44,477 nucleotides of DNA from a phage, in the NCBI GenBank assembly GCA_029889005.1, contig GCA_029889005.1_4349.1. One strand, 5' to 3'. The notes under the pieces were generated by a model. The model did not search any database and was not told the DNA's origin. It saw nothing but the letters and a program-made list of their open reading frames with translations. The number at the start of each line of letters is the position of its first letter. Position 1 is the stretch's first letter. A program made the translations under genes and the position numbers. Of this stretch, positions 9,401 through 17,985 are shown piece by piece.

Positions 9401-9885
9401 AAGATATTGTAATTTTCGATTTAGACGGGACATTGGCTGACGGTACCCATCGCTTACACCTGTTACCAAAAGATAACTACGGAGAAACGTGGGCGTGGAA
9501 GCCATTTAACATGGCCTGCAAAGATGACGCTCCGATATACGACAATATCCATTTGTGTAGCGTACTGTGGCATTCCGGACTTACTATAATTATCCTTACC
9601 GGGCGAAGTGATGACGCTGAGGAGGAGACTCGCGAATGGTTACGAGAGAATAACGTTAGGTTTGACACGCTAATCATGCGCAGCAAACACGACAACAGAA
9701 AAGACATCGTAATTAAAGAAGAGGTGTTGCGTGCTTTCGGACTGGAAAGAATCTTGTGTGCGTTCGACGACTCTCCAGCGGTAATAAAGCATTTCCGTGA
9801 CCTCGGCATAACCGCACACGCAGTTACCGAATACGACTGTAACGGGAACTCTACACACTTAAAACCACACGGGAGCGATAAATAA
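9397..9885 (+). CDS. HAD-superfamily phosphatase
   Basis: N-terminal FDLDGTL motif I, downstream LTGR and FDDSP motifs; start overlaps upstream stop. Confidence 0.65.
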   Translation: MKDIVIFDLDGTLADGTHRLHLLPKDNYGETWAWKPFNMACKDDAPIYDNIHLCSVLWHSGLTIIILTGRSDDAEEETREWLRENNVRFDTLIMRSKHDNRKDIVIKEEVLRAFGLERILCAFDDSPAVIKHFRDLGITAHAVTEYDCNGNSTHLKPHGSDK

Positions 9886-10439
9886 TGGCTAAGGTAATTA
9901 TTCTTAATGGCCCTGCGGGTTGCGGGAAAGACACGCTTGCTATGGCGCTGGTAGAAATGGGCTTTGCGAAAGGAACTACCAGTTTCAAGAATCCGATGTT
10001 CAATATTGCTATGGCTGCGTTAGGCCAGGATGCTTACCGCGAGTTTCTCGATGGCTACGACGACCGGGCGCGGAAAGAAAAGCCAGAGGGTTTCCTTAAC
10101 GGGTTGTCTCGGCGTCAGTTCATGATTGCCATTTCCGAGCAATTCATTAAACCGGTGTTCGGTGATGATTATTTCGGTAAGTATCTTGCCGGAAACTTGC
10201 CCGACGGCGACGAAGTTTTTGTGGTGTCTGATGGCGGGTTCGCCAGCGAAGTAGCCCCTATCGTTGCCGTGGGGCATGACGTGCGAATCGTCCGCCTCCA
10301 TCGTGACGGCTATACGTTCATCTGCGATAGCCGTGGCTATCTGTACGATGTTAGTGGTGTAAAAGATTACGACACCTACATCATACCGGGTGACGTTAAA
10401 TCGAACGTTATAGACATTGCTTTAAAATTAGGTTTGTAA
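9885..10439 (+). CDS. P-loop nucleotide/nucleoside monophosphate kinase-like protein
   Basis: Walker A GPAGCGKDT near N-terminus; start overlaps HAD gene stop. Confidence 0.65.
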   Translation: MAKVIILNGPAGCGKDTLAMALVEMGFAKGTTSFKNPMFNIAMAALGQDAYREFLDGYDDRARKEKPEGFLNGLSRRQFMIAISEQFIKPVFGDDYFGKYLAGNLPDGDEVFVVSDGGFASEVAPIVAVGHDVRIVRLHRDGYTFICDSRGYLYDVSGVKDYDTYIIPGDVKSNVIDIALKLGL

Positions 10440-10440
10440 G

Positions 10441-10470
10441 AAAAAGGCCCCGAAAGGGGCCTTAGTTTTA
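10441..10470. terminator. Bidirectional intrinsic terminator
   Basis: AGGCCCC-GAAA-GGGGCCT hairpin flanked by A-run and T-run between convergent gene ends. Confidence 0.7.
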
Positions 10471-11640
10471 TGCGTAGGTGATACGTTGAATTACGATAGA
10501 CGACTGGTACTGATTGCCGGTAGCCTGGCCTTCAATGGACTGAGTGATTGACTCAGGCCCACCAATCTCAGGTGTAACCGCCGTAAGCTCTGCACGTTTC
10601 AAACTGAAAGACATAGCCCCGTTTACCCCTGCCAGAATAGAGTTAATCTCTACCTGCTGCTCGTTGATAAACTTCTGAATCATCGCCATGTCGTACAGCT
10701 TGCCAGAGATAGAGAATGTGTTAGCTGCGCGTCCACGTTCTACAAACGCTACGTTAGTGTTGCCGAGTTCGAACTGCGCGGACGCGCTGTTGTCGTTGGT
10801 GATGGTGAGAGTATCGCAACGCAACGGCGTGGAGCCATCGAACACCGACACATCTACCGACGAGAACGGCTCATCGGTGAACGTAACCCGAGAGAAATCA
10901 GAGCCAGACGGCGGCGTGGTAAGAATCTCCTGACTCAGGCCGATGAACGGGAAACTACCGGTTACCATCGCGTTTACGGCCTGTTCAATGGTGAAACCGG
11001 AGATTTCAACGCCTTTGGTCAGCATGTACGCGCCCGGGTTACCACACTGGCCCTTGAACCACGTCAGGATGGAGAACGTCTTACACGCGTTACCGGTTTC
11101 CAGCTTGTCGCCAGTTTTTGCGTCAGTGGTTACTGTCTCTGCTGTCAGCGTGTGCTGAATACCTGCGCCCGTAACTACCAGAGCGGAAACCGCGGTCACG
11201 ATAAACGGTTTTGCGTTGTCGCCGGTTAAGTCGGTGAACGCAATAAGGTCGCCAACTTTTACACCGTCAGTAATGAAGCTATCGGCAGCGCGGGTGAATG
11301 TTTTACCTGCTGGGGCGACCGTAATTTCGGCGCCAGTAATCTCTACCCCAGCTCGCCACGTAGAAGTCATCGCTCCCGCAAGGAAATCATCCTGGCTACG
11401 AGAGCTAAGTTCGATGGCGTACTCCCCGCTAACCTGTTTGTTACCGGTTCGGATGGATGTAGTTTCACGGCTGCCGTCCAGTTCGTTGGAAGTCAGTGCA
11501 TCGCGGGTTACAGCGGGAACGCCGCCCGTGTTACGCAACGGCGACCATACCGGGTTAGTCGGTGTTACGCCAGGGGTATTTTCCGCCACATAGAATTGCG
11601 CGGTATTCGCGCCCTTAAAAGGAGTTGTAGCCATATTCAC
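10468..11640 (-). CDS. Major tail (tube) protein, putative
   Basis: 390 aa ORF last in the neck/tail run before the chaperone genes; position and size only. Confidence 0.5.
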   Translation of the reverse strand: MNMATTPFKGANTAQFYVAENTPGVTPTNPVWSPLRNTGGVPAVTRDALTSNELDGSRETTSIRTGNKQVSGEYAIELSSRSQDDFLAGAMTSTWRAGVEITGAEITVAPAGKTFTRAADSFITDGVKVGDLIAFTDLTGDNAKPFIVTAVSALVVTGAGIQHTLTAETVTTDAKTGDKLETGNACKTFSILTWFKGQCGNPGAYMLTKGVEISGFTIEQAVNAMVTGSFPFIGLSQEILTTPPSGSDFSRVTFTDEPFSSVDVSVFDGSTPLRCDTLTITNDNSASAQFELGNTNVAFVERGRAANTFSISGKLYDMAMIQKFINEQQVEINSILAGVNGAMSFSLKRAELTAVTPEIGGPESITQSIEGQATGNQYQSSIVIQRITYA

Positions 11641-12053
11641 AGCCTCTTGGTGAATGCAATAAAGTTAATTGACAATGGTCGTTTGGCCCATCCGTTTTCT
11701 ACAATCAGCGGCCCCAGGCTAACCGATTGAACCTCGGCGCAGATGTCGTTACGCGAAAATGCCTTACCTGATTTAAACGCCGTGTTAAGTAAGTCTGCCA
11801 TTTTATTGATTGGCGCGCTACCTTTCACCGATGCGTAGTTAATGTCTATCTGATAGACACCGGCGCGTTGTTCCGTGAAGAATAAGTCAGCCTGCTCGGT
11901 ATCCGCCAGCAACATGTAACTTGCCAGATACGGCGTATCTGTTGACGTCGGCGCGTCGATGTTTTCAAGCGCTACCTTGATGCCGTTGGTGGTTCCGAAG
12001 GCTACCAGCGGCACATCAAACGCTTTTGTTAAGTCCTCAAAGTAGCCCATCAT
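11637..12053 (-). CDS. Tail completion / terminator protein, putative
   Basis: 138 aa, translationally coupled within neck/tail module. Confidence 0.4.
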   Translation of the reverse strand: MMGYFEDLTKAFDVPLVAFGTTNGIKVALENIDAPTSTDTPYLASYMLLADTEQADLFFTEQRAGVYQIDINYASVKGSAPINKMADLLNTAFKSGKAFSRNDICAEVQSVSLGPLIVENGWAKRPLSINFIAFTKRL

Positions 12054-12445
12054 CTCACCTTGCTAGCTTCTTCGTTAATGAGTTGCTGGAAGCGGGACAC
12101 GTTAGTCCTGACGAATCCTTGCGGGGCCTGTTGCGACCAGCCATACTCCAGCCGTTGTGCATACGGCAGGTTATTTGTCAGCGTGAACTCATGCCAGTCG
12201 GTGGCTTTCAGCACGAAACTTGTAGCGTTTCCGGTTGCTGTGTTTCCTGATTTATCCGTAGCATCCGTAATCCCGGAAGCAGGAGTACCGCCAGATGCCA
12301 TCCAGTTCATACGAAAGCGGCCTGTATCTACCGGACTCGCCTTTATGATAGCGGAAAACAGCTTAATAGACACCTGACGCATCACCTTCTCAGGATTCTT
12401 CTTCGCCTTTTCCACGAACTTAGAGACATCAAGCGCGAAACTCAT
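12050..12445 (-). CDS. HK97 gp10-like neck protein, putative
   Basis: 131 aa with PVDTGRFRMNW-type motif; position between connector and tail genes. Confidence 0.5.
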   Translation of the reverse strand: MSFALDVSKFVEKAKKNPEKVMRQVSIKLFSAIIKASPVDTGRFRMNWMASGGTPASGITDATDKSGNTATGNATSFVLKATDWHEFTLTNNLPYAQRLEYGWSQQAPQGFVRTNVSRFQQLINEEASKVR

Positions 12446-12855
12446 TTTCTCACCTGAATAAAATACGCCACGACATCATCGTTAACCATCTTCTTCTCGA
12501 TACCTACGACAGACCATTGCTCGCCGCCGAATTGTACCTTGTCTTCCATCTTCGGAACGACGCTGCAATCGGCTTTAACAATCATGTCGCCCGCCTGAAT
12601 CGCCGTACCGTTTACCAGGCTTGCGTTTACCGGAACCGGAACAGCTTTCAACGGCAGCACTTCATCCGCGGACCGGACATACTCACCGAGAACTTCATCC
12701 CACACTTTCGAGCCAGCGCGAATCAGAGATACCGTGCTACCGAATTTGGTTAACAGGCGTGTACCTACGCCTTGCATACGTTTACTGAAAGCTGTGCTCA
12801 TCAGGCGGCCTCCAGTCTCGAGATAACCAGTAGCGCGGATGGTGCTGTACCCCAT
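12442..12855 (-). CDS. Neck / head-tail joining protein, putative
   Basis: Track ORF overlaps upstream gene by 55 nt; internal ATG near 12801 overlapping the upstream stop is a likelier start. Confidence 0.4.
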   Translation of the reverse strand: MGYSTIRATGYLETGGRLMSTAFSKRMQGVGTRLLTKFGSTVSLIRAGSKVWDEVLGEYVRSADEVLPLKAVPVPVNASLVNGTAIQAGDMIVKADCSVVPKMEDKVQFGGEQWSVVGIEKKMVNDDVVAYFIQVRK

Positions 12856-13415
12856 GCGGTTACGGTAGCCGCTTGCGGGTATACGCCGCCGAAGTTGCTT
12901 CCGGCGCTATCCCGCATAATCTGAACGCCAAACGTCTGGCCTGCTGTTGGGTTAATAACAACGCGAGATTCAATCTGGATTGTGGTGTCCGCGCTTACCA
13001 GTTTCGTGGCGGCAGGTGAGCCGTACTGAGCACCGTTCAGAAGAATGCGTGATAACAGGATAGACGTTCCGCTGGCACCTGTGCGGCCTGCCTGTAACTT
13101 GATGCGAACGGCGTAGTTACCGGCGGTGTTGAATGTAACCAGCCCCGCAGCATTAATCATTACCGGGTCGGATGCACTACCCTGAGCTGCACCGAAAGTT
13201 AACTGCAATGCCGTATCTACCGCGGTAGGCGCTTGGGTTACCGTAGACGCGGCACGGAGAACTTCAACCTCTTTAACACCTGGAGTGGCGTAAATAGGTG
13301 AGTCAGCCATCTGTGTCATTACCTCGCGCAACGCTGCTGGGGTAATAAGCCCGGTAGTGTTATCGGGGAGGTTTGCGCCGATAAGAGTAAACATCTCTGA
13401 TTTAGTCTTCGCCAT
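12801..13415 (-). CDS. Structural protein of unknown function
   Basis: 204 aa ORF in head-tail module. Confidence 0.4.
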   Translation of the reverse strand: MAKTKSEMFTLIGANLPDNTTGLITPAALREVMTQMADSPIYATPGVKEVEVLRAASTVTQAPTAVDTALQLTFGAAQGSASDPVMINAAGLVTFNTAGNYAVRIKLQAGRTGASGTSILLSRILLNGAQYGSPAATKLVSADTTIQIESRVVINPTAGQTFGVQIMRDSAGSNFGGVYPQAATVTAWGTAPSALLVISRLEAA

Positions 13416-13417
13416 TT

Positions 13418-13930
13418 TTAACCCCGGTACACATTAAATGAGAAGCCGTTGTTAAGACCACCACACAGTAACGGGCGTAAGGCGTCGTCAGCGGCGGTAA
13501 TCGCGGTTGTGGCCCCGCTGTTGCCGTTGTTGAAGTAGGTAACTGTTACCGCACCCTCTACACGCTCGGTCTGCACGGAACGTCCATCGGAGTTAGCCCG
13601 AACATCAGTGCCCGCTCCATACGTAATCGCAGCGATTACCTGCGCCCGGATTAACTGCGGTGGGATAACATTATCCGCTACGGTGAAGCCGTTTAGTGTT
13701 GTTCCTGTACGTGGGTACGCCAGAGACTGTTCAGCGGATACGCGACGCCCGCACATCTGAGGTTCCGCAAGCCCAACATAAGTAGCGCCGTTGCGTAGAG
13801 CTACTTCAGCCGCAGTATCATCCGCAGGCAACTCCAGACCATAATTAGCCGCTAACGCGCGGGCGTCAGCCAGTGAGATGTACGAATCGGCCCCTTCTAT
13901 AATTTGACCTGTTTCTACGGTTAAGGACAC
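13418..13930 (-). CDS. Head-tail connector/adaptor protein, putative
   Basis: 170 aa, first ORF after capsid-proximal genes; resembles gp6-like adaptors by memory only. Confidence 0.45.
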   Translation of the reverse strand: MSLTVETGQIIEGADSYISLADARALAANYGLELPADDTAAEVALRNGATYVGLAEPQMCGRRVSAEQSLAYPRTGTTLNGFTVADNVIPPQLIRAQVIAAITYGAGTDVRANSDGRSVQTERVEGAVTVTYFNNGNSGATTAITAADDALRPLLCGGLNNGFSFNVYRG

Positions 13931-13933
13931 TTT

Positions 13934-14626
13934 TCACCCCTTCTTACAGTTATCAAAGTGCCACCTCTTTAGAAGAGATAGCGCCCCTTCGGTTCCGCAA
14001 TGTGGGCATACCCCGCGCGGGCGTTTCATTCCAGTAAGTTTATCTGAAATTTTCTTGACAGTCTCGCCCTTTAACGTATGGCCCTTCTTAAAACTTCCGG
14101 AGTTAGGTTTTCTATTAACCTTGCCAACGATTCTATTTGGGTCCGCGAACTGGCATTTCTTGCAGCAATATTTACGCGCTCGTGATTTAAAACGGTAGGG
14201 GATCGGCTGGTCGCATGTTACACATCGTTGTGGGTTTGCCATGTAATGCTCTATTCTGGCTTTTCTACTTGCAGTTTCCCCGGTAGCAATTCCTTTATTC
14301 CACGCCTTTTGCCCTAGATGTGCTTGTCTGAGATTTTCTATACGTTTATCAGAAAATTTAACACCAGTATTCAACCTGGACATCTCTATAGCCCAAGCCT
14401 CTTTCGCCAACTTAAAGGAATGTGAGTTAACTTTTGACCTTTGATTGTTTTTAGGGTTAATACACATAACCCTCCAGGCGAAAGCTAGTTCTTTAGTCCC
14501 GTGTATCTTATAGAGAAGCCAATGCGCAATAAAATGCTGTCTAGCGCTCAAAGATACAATATTGTCAAAAGTATCTCCACCACCCATGCATTTCGGGTCT
14601 ATGTGATGTTTTTTTGGTATACCCAC
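13934..14626 (-). CDS. Free-standing HNH homing endonuclease
   Basis: N-terminal HHIDPKCMGGGDTFDNIVSLSARQHFIAHW (HNH-like), several CxxC pairs and repeated K/G-rich DNA-binding-like motifs; GTG start; locally AT-rich versus flanks. Confidence 0.8.
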   Translation of the reverse strand: MGIPKKHHIDPKCMGGGDTFDNIVSLSARQHFIAHWLLYKIHGTKELAFAWRVMCINPKNNQRSKVNSHSFKLAKEAWAIEMSRLNTGVKFSDKRIENLRQAHLGQKAWNKGIATGETASRKARIEHYMANPQRCVTCDQPIPYRFKSRARKYCCKKCQFADPNRIVGKVNRKPNSGSFKKGHTLKGETVKKISDKLTGMKRPRGVCPHCGTEGALSLLKRWHFDNCKKG

Positions 14627-14739
14627 TAAACGGATTGATTTTTGCGTTCGATATTAACTGTTCATAGATTTTGGCGTAGTTCATGATTCACCCTTTTCAA
14701 TGGAGGATGGATTCATTATACCAACTACGCCAGATATTA

Positions 14740-14919
14740 CTATTCCTCAGACTTACGGCGACGACGCTTAGTGCCACCGCCGTTGTTGTGCGCTTCTTCG
14801 TTGTCCGGTTGGGTCGCAACCAGTTCATCCGCTTCTACAACACCGCGCACGGGTATCACCTGACCATCAACCATATCAACGTGGGTGTACTTTTCGCGGA
14901 TTACATAATTATCTGCCAT
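14740..14919 (-). CDS. Small acidic protein (59 aa), hypothetical
   Basis: ATG with AGGAAAGG 5 nt upstream; below ORF-track size cutoff; acidic with RRRRK tail. Confidence 0.35.
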   Translation of the reverse strand: MADNYVIREKYTHVDMVDGQVIPVRGVVEADELVATQPDNEEAHNNGGGTKRRRRKSEE

Positions 14920-14955
14920 GACCTTTCCTTATTACGGCCCCGAAGGGCCGCTGTA

Positions 14956-15177
14956 TTAAGACACAGTTGCTACAGTGCTGCTGGAGATAATATTACCATA
15001 CGCATCGTGAACAACCACTTTATACGTACCGGAGTCGGCGGCAGTGGTCGATGCTTTAGCATAGGTAGCTGCGGTAGCCCCGGCGATGGCGTTGTTATTC
15101 TTATACCACTGGTAAGAATATGGCTCCAGACCACCGGCTACCGTTACGGTCAGCGTCATAGTTTCACCTGTGGTCAC
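14956..15177 (-). CDS. Small Ig-like domain protein (possible capsid decoration)
   Basis: YQWYKNN ... SGTYKVVV pattern of bacterial Ig-like domains; internal ATG ~15159 has AGGTGA RBS and may be true start. Confidence 0.5.
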   Translation of the reverse strand: MTTGETMTLTVTVAGGLEPYSYQWYKNNNAIAGATAATYAKASTTAADSGTYKVVVHDAYGNIISSSTVATVS

Positions 15178-15261
15178 TGCGGTAGTAGCCGCCAGCGCGG
15201 AAGAGAAAGACGCCGGTGATACGTCGCTTCAATACGTCTACCATTTAGGAATCCTCTTAGT

Positions 15262-15291
15262 AAATGAAAAGAGGGGCCGAAGTCCCCCTCG
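15262..15291 (-). terminator. Intrinsic terminator after major capsid gene
   Basis: GAGGGG ... CCCCTC hairpin followed on minus strand by TTTTCATTT, ~15 nt after capsid stop. Confidence 0.5.
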
Positions 15292-15305
15292 ATTATAGCT
15301 TAACC

Positions 15306-16355
15306 TTAAGCACCGACACCAGTTACCAGGAAGGCAATCGGTACGTGCTTGCGGTCAACCACACGGTTCCAGTTGGAGGCGTTCGCCAGGTCCTGCCAGG
15401 AAGCAGAGCGCGGGGTAGTCTCGGTGCCGTTGCCAGTGATTACTGCACTGGTGAAGCTGTAACCAAACGGATGTAGCAACCAGGTCTTACGGGTCCACAG
15501 GGTTTCAACGCCGCCGCCGTTGCCGCGGGACGCTTCGCGCTCGTATTCCAGCGGGTTGGACGGAGAACCTTCACCGTAACCGATAGCGCCGTTGCCGAAG
15601 ATGATGGAGATGAACTTACGGGTCGAGCCAGTGCCGACTACGGTCATGCTGTCGTCAACAATCACGCGGTAGCCCTGGTAGGTGGCGAACATGGTGTTGT
15701 TGTCCGCGTCACGGATGAAGTCGATAAGCTGCTGCTTACGTGCCTGCGCATAAACGAAGCTATGCATCGCGATAGCCCCCAGCACTTCACCGCCGTTGCC
15801 CATCAGAGCATCGCCCATAGTCTGGGTAGCGTCGATGAACGCGCCCGCATCGAAGCCCAGAGTAGCAGACACGTCGATTACCATGTCATTCTGCTCGTGG
15901 TATGCGTCGGTAGCGGCTACGTTGTCGTTGTACAGCCCGAGCGCGGTAGCAATCAGACGGCGTTGTGCCTGACGCTGCCAGAAGTTATCCAGACGTGACG
16001 CTACGGATTGCAGCGGGTTCTGGCTGGTCAGTTCAACGGTCAAATCCGCCTGACCGAAACCTTCGTTCAGGTACGCAACGCGCACCATCATCTCGCCGGT
16101 CTGCACGTTACGCGGGGTGGCGATGTCATGGTATACGTCGTTCGAGTAGTTCGGCTCGATAGAGGTATCAATCGCTTTCCAGAAAGGAATATTAGCGACG
16201 TTGGACGGGCCGCGGGCAATCTCGGCGGCGTATGGGGTCGGGGTGAGAATACCAGACTGGAAGAACGCGGTTTTTTCTACCGGGTCCTCGGTCATATAAG
16301 ACGCCAGGACCGGGATGTTGCCAGTTACGATATCGCCGATAGTGGTAATTGCCAT
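15306..16355 (-). CDS. Major capsid protein
   Basis: 349 aa ORF directly downstream of scaffold-like gene and followed by terminator. Confidence 0.8.
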   Translation of the reverse strand: MAITTIGDIVTGNIPVLASYMTEDPVEKTAFFQSGILTPTPYAAEIARGPSNVANIPFWKAIDTSIEPNYSNDVYHDIATPRNVQTGEMMVRVAYLNEGFGQADLTVELTSQNPLQSVASRLDNFWQRQAQRRLIATALGLYNDNVAATDAYHEQNDMVIDVSATLGFDAGAFIDATQTMGDALMGNGGEVLGAIAMHSFVYAQARKQQLIDFIRDADNNTMFATYQGYRVIVDDSMTVVGTGSTRKFISIIFGNGAIGYGEGSPSNPLEYEREASRGNGGGVETLWTRKTWLLHPFGYSFTSAVITGNGTETTPRSASWQDLANASNWNRVVDRKHVPIAFLVTGVGA

Positions 16356-16357
16356 TA

Positions 16358-17113
16358 TTATTTCCTCAGGGCTTTAAGTTGCCGTTCAAATTCGGCAGGG
16401 TTCGATTTATACAGGGCTAAACGCTCTGCTTCACTCATGTCTTTAAACGCTGGTGCGGCCCCGCCGCCTTTGCTACCGGAAGCCCCGCCGCCGGAAGCTG
16501 CATTTGCTTTGATCAAATGCGAAAACGCCTTGTGTTCGCGCAGGTATTTGCGGAACTGTTCCGGGTCAGTCGTGATTACGTTACCGTCTGCACCAACAAA
16601 CTTAGTAACCACATCATCGCCTTCGAACTCAGTCTTAACGAACGGCGCAAGAATGTCCACTGCTTCTGGGGTAATAAAGTCACCCGCGAAAGAGCCTAGC
16701 ACCGCTTTACGTTCGCTGCCGAGGATACGCTCTGCCATTCTGGAGATGCGACCGTCTTTCTCGGCTAACACCGGGTCATACTGGCTACGAATCGTCTTTT
16801 CGAACTCATCCATCTTACCAGCGGCTTTTAACGCCTCCTGGTGCGCGCGCTGCCGTTCTTCTTCGGCCTCTTTTGCTTTGCGAGCGGCTTCTTTCTTCTC
16901 CGCCAACAATGCTTCCTGATTAGCCTTAAGCCCGGCAACTTCTTTCTCAATCAGCGCCTGAACTTCTTCAGCGGTGAACATTTTCGGCGCGTCACCGCCA
17001 CCAGCTTTATCTTCTGCCCCAGCTTCTTCCTGGAACGGATAACGTAAAAAACGATTCATAGTCAGTATGTCCCCTGGACGTTGGAACCCGGGCCACCCGG
17101 ATTTACATGTCAA
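16358..17113 (-). CDS. Scaffolding protein
   Basis: Charged coiled-coil-like (EEAGAEDK ... KEAEEERQRAHQEALKAAGK) ORF immediately upstream of capsid gene; start may be internal ATG ~17059. Confidence 0.65.
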   Translation of the reverse strand: MTCKSGWPGFQRPGDILTMNRFLRYPFQEEAGAEDKAGGGDAPKMFTAEEVQALIEKEVAGLKANQEALLAEKKEAARKAKEAEEERQRAHQEALKAAGKMDEFEKTIRSQYDPVLAEKDGRISRMAERILGSERKAVLGSFAGDFITPEAVDILAPFVKTEFEGDDVVTKFVGADGNVITTDPEQFRKYLREHKAFSHLIKANAASGGGASGSKGGGAAPAFKDMSEAERLALYKSNPAEFERQLKALRK

Positions 17114-17141
17114 GAATAAATTATTCCAACATGCAAGGCAA

Positions 17142-17405
17142 CTATTCCAGAATATTCCTCACGTAATCCTGCAACATGAACACTTTCAGTCTCAGTTGCC
17201 GTACACATTCTGCGTTCTGAACGTCGATAGCCAAATCCTCGTCGGCGTCGCTACTTGGCGCTGCCAGTTTGCACGGAGGCTGCATCATCGTCGTATCCGG
17301 TAATGGAATTAGCGTTTGCGACGGCGCGGGACTTGAGCAGGACGCGAGCATCGTCGAAAGTGCACACGCTGCGACCCGGCGTTTTAATGTATTTAACGAC
17401 TTCAC
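17142..17405 (-). CDS. Outer-membrane spanin (Rz1-like lipoprotein)
   Basis: GTG with AGGTGA RBS; signal peptide ending in lipobox LASC, Pro-rich mature part; starts inside the Rz-like gene in another frame and extends past its stop. Confidence 0.6.
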   Translation of the reverse strand: MKSLNTLKRRVAACALSTMLASCSSPAPSQTLIPLPDTTMMQPPCKLAAPSSDADEDLAIDVQNAECVRQLRLKVFMLQDYVRNILE

Positions 17406-17637
17406 GGGTAATCACCTCTGATTTCGTCTTGCCTTCGTTGTCGGCGGCGGCGGCCTTTGATTCGTCCTGCTGCTGCCGTTGTGTTTTCTTCGCTAACTCA
17501 GCCTGCGCTTTCTGCTGTTGCTGCGAAACGAGATTCGCCCGGCCTTCGTGCCAGCCGCTGCGGTACTGATAAATGCCGTGTGTGTAAGCCAGGATGATGA
17601 AACATGCTCCTGCTACGACGGTTGCTTTAAGATTCAT
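17251..17637 (-). CDS. Inner-membrane spanin (Rz-like)
   Basis: Strong AAGGAG RBS; N-terminal transmembrane segment then Gln/Lys/Ala-rich coiled-coil-like region; contains embedded Rz1-like ORF. Confidence 0.6.
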   Translation of the reverse strand: MNLKATVVAGACFIILAYTHGIYQYRSGWHEGRANLVSQQQQKAQAELAKKTQRQQQDESKAAAADNEGKTKSEVITREVVKYIKTPGRSVCTFDDARVLLKSRAVANANSITGYDDDAASVQTGSAK

Positions 17638-17650
17638 GTTTCTCCTTTCT

Positions 17651-17681
17651 CGATAAGTAAAGCCCCGCCTTAAAGCGGGGC
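17651..17681 (-). terminator. Hairpin terminator/attenuator upstream of spanin genes
   Basis: GCCCCGC-CTTAAA-GCGGGGC hairpin followed on minus strand by TTTACTTAT, then RBS of Rz-like gene. Confidence 0.45.
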
Positions 17682-17758
17682 GCTAGTCCTTATCATTTAA
17701 ACATAGAAACGGCGTAATCTAAGTAAACCTGTTACTTTTTACACAAGCAATAGAGTAT

Positions 17759-17890
17759 GGCCCTTCCGAACGCGTCAGCGTAACTACACTCAGGACTTAC
17801 GTCCCGCTCCGTTACCTGCCCGCGCCGCGGTCGCTTGTTCATACTTCACAAGCTCAGGTGGAGCTTAGCACATTTTCAGTGAAAAGTCAA
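17759..17890. repeat. Conserved ~130 bp non-coding element, copy 1
   Basis: Aligns base-for-base over long stretches with 30133..30265 (GGCCCTTCCGAA ... AACTACACTCA ... CCGCGGTCGCTTG ... TCACAAGCTCAG ... AGCTTAGCA ... AAAAGTCAA), with compensatory hairpin changes. Confidence 0.7.
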
Positions 17891-17956
17891 CTATTCGAAT
17901 AGTTTATTCCAATATTTACAATTTAGTGGAATAAATGGAATAGTCTGTATCTGTGC

Positions 17957-17985
17957 TTGCGCGCACCAATATAATAGGGTACTAT
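17957..17985 (+). promoter_or_regulatory. Sigma70-like promoter, class A (TTGCGC-N17-TACTAT)
   Basis: Same ~35 bp motif as 7810..7838; downstream ATG 18014; opposite strand also reads TTGATA-N17-TATATT (possible divergent promoter). Confidence 0.5.

Noticed and set aside
14683-15219. 178 aa plus-strand ORF spanning the small acidic ORF, Ig-like ORF and part of the intergenic region
   Set aside because: Arg/Ser-rich low-complexity product overlapping better-supported minus-strand genes with RBSs.
15178-15305. Possible frameshift fusing the capsid protein to the downstream Ig-like domain
   Set aside because: The capsid frame ends at a clean stop followed by a terminator hairpin, and the Ig-like frame has two stops between the capsid stop and its own start.
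16008-16919. 303 aa plus-strand ORF antisense to capsid and scaffold genes
   Set aside because: Fully antisense to two core structural genes; low-complexity Ser/Ala/Arg-rich product.
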